DNA from: Anaerolineae bacterium
GTDB taxonomy: Bacteria; Chloroflexota; Anaerolineae; B4-G1
NCBI GenBank assembly: GCA_046760785.1
Contig: JBHIET010000005.1
Span: forward strand, 1,165-65,164
DNA: 64,000 nucleotides
Direction: 5' to 3'
A program made the position numbers and the translations under genes. This document shows positions 56,655 to 64,000 of this stretch, in pieces (the stretch's first letter is position 1; each line of letters begins with the position of its first letter). The notes below the pieces were generated by a model, which worked only from the letters and a program-made list of their open reading frames with translations, did not search any database and was not told the origin of the DNA.

Positions 56655-57021
56655 AAACGAGTCCCTGTTCGCCTCCCTCTACACCGACGACGTAACCGAT
56701 CGGTTGGCGATCCTGGTGCGACAGCGAGGCTTCAACGCCCTCAGTGCGCGTGAGGCCGGCCTGATTGAGCAGGCCGAAGAGACACATCTAATCTACGCAG
56801 CCACACACGGCATGGTCTTGCTCACCTTCAATCAGCGTGACTACGTGTTGATGGCACAACGGTGGGCCGCTGAGGGCCGGAGGCACGCCGGTATCCTACT
56901 TTCTGATCAGTTCACCCGACGCCAACTGGGCGAACTACTGCGCCGTGTGTTGAAGTTCCTCAACACGGTTCCGGCCGAAGAGATGATCAACGTCGTTCGC
57001 TACCTGTCCGAGTTCAGATGA
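56647..57021 (+). CDS. DUF5615 (PIN-like) protein, toxin-like
   Basis: It overlaps the DUF433 gene by 8 nt, and its size and acidic N-terminal motif (LYTDDVTD) fit DUF5615 as I remember it. Confidence 0.55.
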   Translation: MPENESLFASLYTDDVTDRLAILVRQRGFNALSAREAGLIEQAEETHLIYAATHGMVLLTFNQRDYVLMAQRWAAEGRRHAGILLSDQFTRRQLGELLRRVLKFLNTVPAEEMINVVRYLSEFR

Positions 57022-57140
57022 ACAGGCTGGTAGCGGAGGCAGACGTCAGGCCACGTGTCCCATAAAAGCAAAAACCCGGTACCTACTACGTGCCGGGCAT
57101 TTCATCCCAACGAAGTGAAGGGGATAACCGGCGTTACCCT

Positions 57141-57734
57141 TTAGCCCACCAGCTTCGTCCCGCACCGGCTACAGAAGCGGGCACCCTTGGGCAGGACAAA
57201 CCCACACTTGGGGCAGGCCACCGGCTGCACCTCTGCCAGGCTCCCACCACAGGCTGAGCACGTCCCTGCTCCGACAGGGTTGCCCACTCCGCAGTACGGA
57301 CAGGTCACCACCAGTTGCTTCTCGGCCAGCCCCAGCTTCGCGCCCACGCTATCCACGTAGTGTTCGACGGTGTCCCACACCTGGTCGGGCAGCGTCAGTT
57401 TCCCTACGTCGCGGGCGATGTCGTCAATGCGCCCCAGGAGCGAGAGCGGATTGATCAGCGCTCCCAGCCCAGTGAGGGCCAGGCTGGCTGCTGCGTCCAG
57501 CCATTGCTGCTGCCCCAGCGTCACACGCACCCCCTCCTCGACCGGGGCGATACCGACGCTGAGCGCCGAGCGGGCCGCGCCCCAGCCCCACTCGCGGGCG
57601 GCGATCTGCACCATCACGTGTCCCCCTTCTCCCCTCACTATCTGTGCCTTCATGTCGCCGTGGTTGAAGCGCACCATCAGTGCGTCGGCCAGACCCTCCG
57701 GGTCAATGTCTCCTCGGTACGTCCGCTGTTCCAT
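57141..57734 (-). CDS. Double zinc-ribbon protein of unknown function
   Basis: The C-terminus reads CPYCG..CSACG..CPKCG..CSRCG. The N-terminal ~140 aa are unrecognised. Confidence 0.55.
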   Translation of the reverse strand: MEQRTYRGDIDPEGLADALMVRFNHGDMKAQIVRGEGGHVMVQIAAREWGWGAARSALSVGIAPVEEGVRVTLGQQQWLDAAASLALTGLGALINPLSLLGRIDDIARDVGKLTLPDQVWDTVEHYVDSVGAKLGLAEKQLVVTCPYCGVGNPVGAGTCSACGGSLAEVQPVACPKCGFVLPKGARFCSRCGTKLVG

Positions 57735-57737
57735 CTC

Positions 57738-59708
57738 TCACTCCTTCTCTGCAAGTTCGATCAGCCCCAGCCGCTCCACGAAGCGGAAGTACTCAACCAG
57801 CAGCGACGTGACCTCCAGCCCGGTCTCCAGCGCGATCAACTGGCCGATCTCCGCCACTGTACGCTGGCCGTCGGCCCAGTACTGGCCCAGCGCCGGCACC
57901 GTCCGCGATGCCTGCTCCCCGATTCGCTGGCTGAGCTCCCACCACTCGTCCCGCCCGGCCTCGTCCAGGCGACTCACGTGAGCTCCAACTTGCAATGGAC
58001 CGCGGAATAGACGGCGCGGGATCAGTCGCGTGGCTTCTTCATCACACTCCTTCACATCATCCGGCCCCTGAGGCAGCAGGTCGGCGGCGTGGGCAAACTC
58101 GGCCTGAACAAAGGCTCCGTCGTTGGCCTGCCAGCCGCTCACATCTATCGAGGCCAGCCGCGTCAGGCTTGCCATTGCTTCGTGATGTCGGCCCGCCTGG
58201 TACTCGATCCGGCGGCGCAGAGTCTCTCGGCCTGGTCCGTTCTCCTCCCCAGCGTTGGTCACTGTCTCCTGTACCGTCCCAATGACTTGCTGTCGGAAGC
58301 GGGCCGACATCTCCGAGGCCAGCCAGCGGGCCTCACTCTCCCCGGCCTGGGCCAGCCAATAAGTGTAGGCAGCCGCCAGGATGGAGACCTTACCCAGCAT
58401 CGCCGGATCCACCTTGTCGAGCGTGTCGGCCGTCGTGTGATAGAACTTGTCCGGCCACTGGATGATCATCGGCATCGGTACGCCCACGCTGGGGTCGGAG
58501 AAGATGTAATGGTCGGAGCCGCCGCTGAAAGGGGTGATGGCGTGGCGGAAGAGCGGATAGTCGCCCAGTTTGGTGTGCGTCTTGACCTCGGGGAAGAGTC
58601 TCTCGCGCAGGTGTATCAGCAAGTCGGGGGCGAAGCTGGGGAGCGCGTCGGGCGGGCGCTCCAACAGGAAGGAGCTGCCGCATTGTACCTGATCCTGGCC
58701 CACCATGTCCAGGTTAAGCCCGGCGACCATACGAGGAATGTGCTCTTCGTTGGCCGTCAGAAAGGCGTAGGTGCCGGTTATCTCAGGCACCCACAGGAAG
58801 CGCAGCGTGCGGCGAGGTCGGTCCAGTTTGCCAGCAGCGATGAGGCTTTGCAGTGCCCGTGCCACCTCCAGCACTGCCGCTACCCCTGACCCGTTGTCGT
58901 TGCACGAGGGCCGCGGGTGGCATAGGTGGCTCACCAGCACGACCTCCTCGTCACTCTCGCCGGGGATGGTCCCGCTGACCACTTCGAGCGCGCCATCGTA
59001 GAGGTGAGCATCTACACGGGCTCGCACGCGCACTGGCCCCGCATCATCCTCCTGCCGCTTGCGGATCAGTCGGCGCAGCCGCTCTCCCTCCCTCGGGCTC
59101 AGTGCGAAGCCGAAGCACTTGAGTTCCTCGTTGTACCACCAGAAGGAGGTGTACTGGGTGGCATCGGGGAGTGCCCAGGCCGGGCGCACTGGCTCGCCCT
59201 CTGCCATGCCATCGAATATGATGCCGACTGCACCGCGCCGCAGCACCGCCAGATCGTGCACACGGCCCACATTGCCCCGCGCCAGCACGATCTTGCCTGC
59301 CACGTCCAGCCCCTCATACTCTTCTGGCCTCTCCCCCTTCTTGACCGCGACCACCTCCGCCTCGCCGTCGAAGGCCACGCTGCGCTGAATGAGCGAGATC
59401 GGCACCTCGCGGTAGTCGGCCAGCTTGTGCACCTGATCCTCAGGCTCGATCAGGTGCAGCGTACCGGAGCGGGCCTCCCACTCCTGGAAGCTGCGCGAGC
59501 CCCAGAAGGCCGTTTCGGTATTTGCCGGATAGGTCAGTATTTCGGCCTGCATGCCCGCCTCGACCAGCCGCTCGTACACGTACTCGGCCGCCCGGCGGAA
59601 GCCTGGGCTGGCCTGAATGCGATGGTAGCGGCTGATGTCGGCGACGGCCTGGTAAGCCGCTTTGCCGGAACACTCCTCTTGCAACGTACGCCACAATGAT
59701 TTGAACAT
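57738..59708 (-). CDS. M28-family aminopeptidase-like protein (DUF4910-like)
   Basis: MFKSLWRTLQEE..., the metal-binding-like block CNDNGSGVAAVLEVARAL, and 656 aa. The track ORF extension to 59981 overlaps the upstream gene. Confidence 0.65.
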   Translation of the reverse strand: MFKSLWRTLQEECSGKAAYQAVADISRYHRIQASPGFRRAAEYVYERLVEAGMQAEILTYPANTETAFWGSRSFQEWEARSGTLHLIEPEDQVHKLADYREVPISLIQRSVAFDGEAEVVAVKKGERPEEYEGLDVAGKIVLARGNVGRVHDLAVLRRGAVGIIFDGMAEGEPVRPAWALPDATQYTSFWWYNEELKCFGFALSPREGERLRRLIRKRQEDDAGPVRVRARVDAHLYDGALEVVSGTIPGESDEEVVLVSHLCHPRPSCNDNGSGVAAVLEVARALQSLIAAGKLDRPRRTLRFLWVPEITGTYAFLTANEEHIPRMVAGLNLDMVGQDQVQCGSSFLLERPPDALPSFAPDLLIHLRERLFPEVKTHTKLGDYPLFRHAITPFSGGSDHYIFSDPSVGVPMPMIIQWPDKFYHTTADTLDKVDPAMLGKVSILAAAYTYWLAQAGESEARWLASEMSARFRQQVIGTVQETVTNAGEENGPGRETLRRRIEYQAGRHHEAMASLTRLASIDVSGWQANDGAFVQAEFAHAADLLPQGPDDVKECDEEATRLIPRRLFRGPLQVGAHVSRLDEAGRDEWWELSQRIGEQASRTVPALGQYWADGQRTVAEIGQLIALETGLEVTSLLVEYFRFVERLGLIELAEKE

Positions 59709-59731
59709 GTATCCCCCTTCGCTATCAGGTG

Positions 59732-60979
59732 CTAACGCCCCAGCGCCTTCTTCAGCGCCAATCCCAGCCGACGAATGCCTTCGACGATGAGGTCTGGGGG
59801 GCTGTAGGAGAAATTGAGCCGCATGGCATTGTGCCCCCCGTCCCGGTTGGGGTAGAAGTTGACGCCAGGCACGTAAGCGACCTTCTTTGCTACTGCCTCC
59901 TTGAATAATTCTGTCGTGTCTATAGATTCCGGCACTCGGGCCCAGAGGAACAAACCTCCCTGGGGATGGGTCCAACTGCAACCTTCGGGCCAGAGCTCGG
60001 CCAGCGCGTCGAGCATCGTATCCCGTCGCTCTTTGTAGACCTGGCGCAGCCGCCTGACGTGCGGCTTGAGCAGTCCTCGCTGGCAGATGTCGTTTGCGAT
60101 GTACTGAACAAAGGTACCCGTGTGCAGGTCGCAGCCCTGCTTGGCCAGCACGAAGCGCTGTATCAGCGCCTCCGAACAGACGATCCAGCCCAACCGCAGC
60201 CCCGGCGTCAGGGTCTTGGAGAAAGTGCTCAGGTAGATAGTGCGCTCGGGGATCAGGGTAATGATTGGAAGAATGTCCTCGCCCTCGTACCGTAACTGGC
60301 CATAAGGGTCGTCTTCGATGACGGGAAGGTCGAGTTTCTTGGCTATCTCAGCCAATCGCTGGCGTCGCTCCAACGGCAGGGTCGTGCCAGCGGGGTTGTG
60401 AAAGTTGGGGAGGACGTAGATGAACTTTGGTGGCCTTCCAGAATCAGCCAGGACTTGCTCATAAGCTTGCTCGATCTCGTCTACCACCATGCCATCGTCG
60501 TCGAGGTTCACTGTGTGATAGCGGGCGCTATACGCGTTCCACGCCTGGATCGCCCCCAGGTAGGTGGGCCTGCTGGTGAGTACATAGTCGCCATGGTCTA
60601 TGAAAAGCCTGCCGATCAGGTCCAGGGCTTGCTGGGAGCCGTTGGTCAACAGAAGGTTTTCTGGCTCCGCCGGGACCCCATACTTGTGCATCGCAGTGGC
60701 CAGGTATTCCTTGAGCGGCCCATATCCCTCGGTGGCACTGTATTGGAGCGCCTTAGCGCCGTCATCGCGGATGATGTAACGGCAGGCTTCCTCGATCTCG
60801 CGCAGAGGGAAGAATTCCGGGGCTGGCAGACCGCCCGCGAAGGAGATGATGTCCGGCTGTTGGGTCAGCTTGAGCAATTCGCGGATGGCCGAGCTCTTCA
60901 CCCCTTCCGTGCGTGGGGCCAAGTGTGGGGTCCAATCCAACTGCGGTATGTCCCGGTTCAGATCGAGATTCGGTTCCAT
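59732..60979 (-). CDS. Class I/II PLP-dependent aminotransferase (2-aminoadipate/aromatic type)
   Basis: NPAGTTL and the PLP lysine in STFSKTLTPGLRLGW. Confidence 0.8.
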   Translation of the reverse strand: MEPNLDLNRDIPQLDWTPHLAPRTEGVKSSAIRELLKLTQQPDIISFAGGLPAPEFFPLREIEEACRYIIRDDGAKALQYSATEGYGPLKEYLATAMHKYGVPAEPENLLLTNGSQQALDLIGRLFIDHGDYVLTSRPTYLGAIQAWNAYSARYHTVNLDDDGMVVDEIEQAYEQVLADSGRPPKFIYVLPNFHNPAGTTLPLERRQRLAEIAKKLDLPVIEDDPYGQLRYEGEDILPIITLIPERTIYLSTFSKTLTPGLRLGWIVCSEALIQRFVLAKQGCDLHTGTFVQYIANDICQRGLLKPHVRRLRQVYKERRDTMLDALAELWPEGCSWTHPQGGLFLWARVPESIDTTELFKEAVAKKVAYVPGVNFYPNRDGGHNAMRLNFSYSPPDLIVEGIRRLGLALKKALGR

Positions 60980-60989
60980 AGTTTACCTC

Positions 60990-61349
60990 CTAGAGTGGAA
61001 TTTGTGGCTGGGCGAGGCCCTGTGATTTCCTCGACCTTTTCAAAAATACAGCCCGGCCATGTAGTAGTTCACAGGCGGCCTGAGCGAAGCCGAAAGTTAA
61101 CAACGCCTGGCCAAGCCGCAGTTTCTCTACGTGGGCCAGCACAACAGCGTCGGGTTCGTCCACCGACCCGTTGCCGATGGACGGGGTGAAGGAGACGCGG
61201 GGAGCGTGGGTGTGCTTGGCCAGCAAATAGCCCGCCGTAATCAACGGTGTGGCGATTCCTTGCGCGAGAACGTCGCCATCGGCCACCTGGCGGGCGATAC
61301 AAACGGACATTAGTTCGTCAACGGTGTAATGAGTTGCTATGCGGGCCAT
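60990..61349 (-). pseudogene. Truncated CoA-transferase subunit B-like gene fragment
   Basis: YTVDELMSVCIARQVADGDVLAQGIATPLITAGYLLAKHTHAPRV matches the N-terminus of the family, but the ORF ends after about 120 aa where about 250 aa are expected. No subunit A gene lies nearby. Confidence 0.35.
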
Positions 61350-61597
61350 GTGCTGTCCCAAGCTTTGTGGCCCTATAATTGTAGCATCAGAAGGGTAGGA
61401 GGTCAAATGGAGGGCGGGAGAGCGTCACACATTGGGGACAAGATGTTCTGATTTTGTCGAGTAGCTAACCTTAAAATCCTCGAATAGCGTTGACCTCTTT
61501 GCCAACTGGGTATAAGACGCACGACTCTCCTACGCCAAAACGCGCTCGCATTGCCTCACGAATAAATGTACGATTTTTAGTGAGGCAGTTCGCCGAT

Positions 61598-61626
61598 TTG
61601 ACAGCCTGTCCTCAATGTGCTATACT
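61598..61626 (+). promoter_or_regulatory. Sigma70 promoter TTGACA-17-TATACT with extended -10 TG, driving the riboswitch
   Basis: tTTGACAgcctgtcctcaatgtgcTATACTc. Confidence 0.6.
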
Positions 61627-61632
61627 CTGGCC

Positions 61633-61930
61633 ATAATCGCATATTGCTACGGCAGAGGTGCCCCAAAGCCCGGACGTGAGGGGCACAAAGGGGGAAGCCG
61701 GTCGAAGTCCGGCGCTGTCCCGCAACTGTAGGTTAGTCAGATAGTCAGGTGGTCAATTAGCCGAGTGATGCGGCTACAGGACTATCAGACCACGAGACTA
61801 TAAGATTAATAAGCCAGGGTACCCACCTCTGTCGGCGTACACAACAACCTTCGCGGAAAGGGGGTGGCGCATGAAGGGTACTCAAGCACAAATGGCCCTT
61901 CCCCAACCAACGTGAGGGGAAGGGCTTTTC
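61633..61930 (+). promoter_or_regulatory. Cobalamin (AdoCbl) riboswitch with terminator expression platform
   Basis: P1 pairs ggcagaggtg with cacctctgtc. The core reads gggaagccggtcgaagtccggcgctgtcccgcaactgta, the B12-box-like segment reads aagccagggtaccc, and a terminator (gcccttcccc-N11-ggggaagggc-tttt) lies at 61895-61930. Confidence 0.85.
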
Positions 61931-61986
61931 ACTTCCAATCAATCAACTAACCAACTAAATAACTGCCAACACGAAAGGAAAATCAA

Positions 61987-62922
61987 ATGACTAACTATCG
62001 AGTTTTGCTCGCAAGCCTTTTGCTCGTTTCGACGACCGGGTTGGCAGCCTGCGGCGGGGCCAGCCCGATACAGACGGCGACATCCGAGCCGCCGGCCGCG
62101 ACACTGACCGACGACATCGGCAACGTGATTGAGATCACAGGACCGGTGGAGCGCATCGTCTCCCTGGCTCCCTCCAACACCGAGATCGCCTTCGCGTTGG
62201 GCCTGGGCGACCGGGTGGTGGGCGTCACTGACTTCTGCGACTATCCACCGGAGGCACTGGAGATCAAGAAAATCGGCGGCGTGGAGCCGAACCTGGAGCA
62301 GATCGTAGCCCTGGACCCGGACCTGGTGCTGGCCATTGGCGGCGAGCCCGTCCCGCCTATCATCGGCCAACTGCAAGAATTGGGGCTGACGGTGCTGGTG
62401 CTCGAGCCCGACGATCTGGACGCGCTGTACCACGATATCGAACTGGCAGGACAAGCGGCTGGCGCGCAGCGAGAGGCCGCAGAGTTGATCGCCGAGATGC
62501 AGGAGCGTGTCGCGGCTGTCACAGCCCTCACTGCCGACGTAACCGAGCGCCCGCTGGTGTTCTACGAACTGGACGCCAGTGATCCCACCAAGCCCTGGAC
62601 CGCCGGTTCCGGCTCCTGGCACGACGAGTTCATCCAGATGGCGGGCGGCACCAACCTGGCCGGCACCCAGGAGAGCGCCTGGGTGCAGCTTAACGCCGAG
62701 GAGATCGTGGCGCAGGACCCCGAGGTCATCATCCTGGGCGATGCCGCCTTTGGGACAACCCCCGAATCGGTGGCACAGCGTCCTGGCTGGGATGTCATCT
62801 CAGCGGTGCAGAACGGGCGAGTGTATCCCATAGATGATAACCTCATCAGCCGCCCCGGCCCACGCGTGGTGGAAGGCATCGAGGAGCTGGCCCGGCTAAT
62901 CCACCCCGAACTGTTTGAATAA
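61987..62922 (+). CDS. ABC transporter periplasmic binding lipoprotein (BtuF/FhuD class, cobalamin by context)
   Basis: Lipobox LAACGG, IVSLAPSNTEI, and PDLVLA. Confidence 0.8.
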   Translation: MTNYRVLLASLLLVSTTGLAACGGASPIQTATSEPPAATLTDDIGNVIEITGPVERIVSLAPSNTEIAFALGLGDRVVGVTDFCDYPPEALEIKKIGGVEPNLEQIVALDPDLVLAIGGEPVPPIIGQLQELGLTVLVLEPDDLDALYHDIELAGQAAGAQREAAELIAEMQERVAAVTALTADVTERPLVFYELDASDPTKPWTAGSGSWHDEFIQMAGGTNLAGTQESAWVQLNAEEIVAQDPEVIILGDAAFGTTPESVAQRPGWDVISAVQNGRVYPIDDNLISRPGPRVVEGIEELARLIHPELFE

Positions 62923-62949
62923 GTCTGAGCACTAAGGACAGGCAGGCCA

Positions 62950-64000
62950 ATGAAGACGCTTCGTCACCGCTGGAGCAGGCTTAGTACCATCGTCCTCCTT
63001 GCTGTGGGATTGATCCTGACCGTGGTGGTGGCCGCTTCACTGGGCACGGTTCCGGTGGGCTTCGGCCAGGTGACCCGCATGGTGTTGGCACAACTGCCGG
63101 GGGGCTTCCTCAGGGTCGCCCCCACCTGGACGGAGCAGATGGAGGCCATCATCCTCCGCATACGCCTGCCCCGGGTGGTCACCGCGATGGTGGTGGGCTA
63201 TGGGCTGGCGATGGCGGGGACTGTCTTCCAGGGGTTACTGCGTAACCCAATGGCTGACCCCTACATCATCGGCACCTCTGGCGGGGCGGGGCTGGGGGCG
63301 ACACTGGCGCTGCTGTTGCCGGTCCAGGTGGTGTGGTTCGGCTTCACGCTGGTGCCGCTGGCCGCCTTCGTCGGTTCGCTGGCGGCTGTACTTATGGTCT
63401 ATGCCATCGCGCGCGTAGGGCCGCGCACCCCTATCACTACCCTGCTGCTGGCCGGCTTCGCCCTCAGCTCGCTGATGGCTGCCGCGATGTCCTTCCTGAT
63501 GCTGCTCAGCGGGGAAACGATGCAGCGGGTCGTGCTGTGGACGATGGGCGGGGTCTCGGCCAGCGGCTGGAGACAACTGCAGGTCGTGATCCCGCTCATC
63601 CTCCTGGGCAGCCTGGCGGCGTACCTGCTGGCCGACGACCTCAACGCCTTTCTGCTGGGCGAGGACCAGGCCGCCCACCTCGGGGTGAACGTGGAACGGC
63701 GCAAGTTGGCGCTGCTGATGATCGGCTCACTGCTCACCGGGGCGGCGGTCTCCGTCAGCGGGTTGGTGGGTTTCGTCGGCCTGGTTGTGCCCCACGTGGC
63801 CCGCCTGATCTTCGGGCCCGACCACCATTTGCTGCTTCCCACGGCGGGCCTGCTGGGGAGCGTTTTCCTGGTGATGGCCGACCTGGCGGCGCGGCTGGTG
63901 TTGGCCCCGGCTGAGGTACCAGTAGGCATCGTCACGGCGGTGATTGGTGCGCCGTTCTTTATCTATCTCCTGCGACGAAGCAAACGGGCGTATGACTTTT
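62950..64000 (+). CDS. FecCD-family ABC permease (BtuC-like); 3' end at or just beyond the window edge
   Basis: Hand translation gives MKTLRHRWSRLSTIVLLAVG...RLPRVVTAMVVGYGLAMAGTVFQGLLRNPMADPYIIGTSGGAGLG...VGIVTAVIGAPFFIYLLRR. The frame is open to the window end, so the gene is not in the closed-ORF track. Confidence 0.8.
   Translation, partial: MKTLRHRWSRLSTIVLLAVGLILTVVVAASLGTVPVGFGQVTRMVLAQLPGGFLRVAPTWTEQMEAIILRIRLPRVVTAMVVGYGLAMAGTVFQGLLRNPMADPYIIGTSGGAGLGATLALLLPVQVVWFGFTLVPLAAFVGSLAAVLMVYAIARVGPRTPITTLLLAGFALSSLMAAAMSFLMLLSGETMQRVVLWTMGGVSASGWRQLQVVIPLILLGSLAAYLLADDLNAFLLGEDQAAHLGVNVERRKLALLMIGSLLTGAAVSVSGLVGFVGLVVPHVARLIFGPDHHLLLPTAGLLGSVFLVMADLAARLVLAPAEVPVGIVTAVIGAPFFIYLLRRSKRAYDF

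Overview
This is a high-GC bacterial chromosomal segment with about 75 genes. The gene content (PFOR and KGOR next to SOR, rubrerythrin and FDP) and the 'LSEVEG/STSLRTG'-type palindromic repeats suggest a Chloroflexota-like anaerobe or microaerophile; that is inference only. Layout from left to right:

- 1-5.8 kb: a TPR/PD40 envelope protein and a small polysaccharide cluster (metallophosphoesterase, long-form G1P thymidylyltransferase, BY-kinase/Wzz pair).
- 6-9 kb: assorted metabolic genes.
- 9-31.5 kb: a very large oxygen/peroxide-defence and low-potential redox island. It holds OsmC, ferritin-like proteins, an FTR-like reductase with a Grx-like protein and a Zn-ribbon, an MsrP-like Mo enzyme with cytochrome c, KorAB, ZIP and cytochrome b5. 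It continues with DPSL-SOR-DPSL, PfpI, rubrerythrin, an NROR-like reductase, a flavodiiron protein, rubredoxin, a Fur/PerR regulator, ferritin, Crp/Fnr, ferredoxins, NifU, DUF438-hemerythrin-PAS, DUF166 and PorGDAB.
- 31.6-36 kb: an ECF sigma/anti-sigma module and unknown Zn-ribbon/SH3 proteins.
- 36-49.5 kb: housekeeping genes (ligA, an alpha-oxoamine synthase, a CPBP protease, secA, add, argS, dcd), interrupted by a four-gene KaiC-like module.
- 49.5-57 kb: tRNA-Val, HEPN/MNT, a gcvH-gcvPA-[caspase/PKD]-gcvPB operon, DNPH1 and a DUF433/DUF5615 pair.
- 57-64 kb: a peptidase/aminotransferase operon, a truncated CoA-transferase gene, and a cobalamin riboswitch driving a BtuF/BtuC-like importer.

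Most notable observations:

- A LAGLIDADG homing-endonuclease-like domain sits in frame inside dCTP deaminase, with no intein blocks.
- Short palindromic repeat elements are inserted in frame into at least five conserved enzymes (korA twice, the NROR-like reductase, gcvPB, ligA).
- A near-consensus PerR/Fur-type 7-1-7 box overlaps a consensus promoter, at the head of what looks like a ~6.7 kb ferritin-PerR-Rd-FDP-...-SOR operon.
- Two genes shorter than 60 aa (rubredoxin and a Zn-ribbon protein) are missing from the ORF track.

No rRNA, CRISPR array, transposase or integrase was seen. All coordinates and motifs were read by eye and all homology statements come from memory of the families, not from searches.
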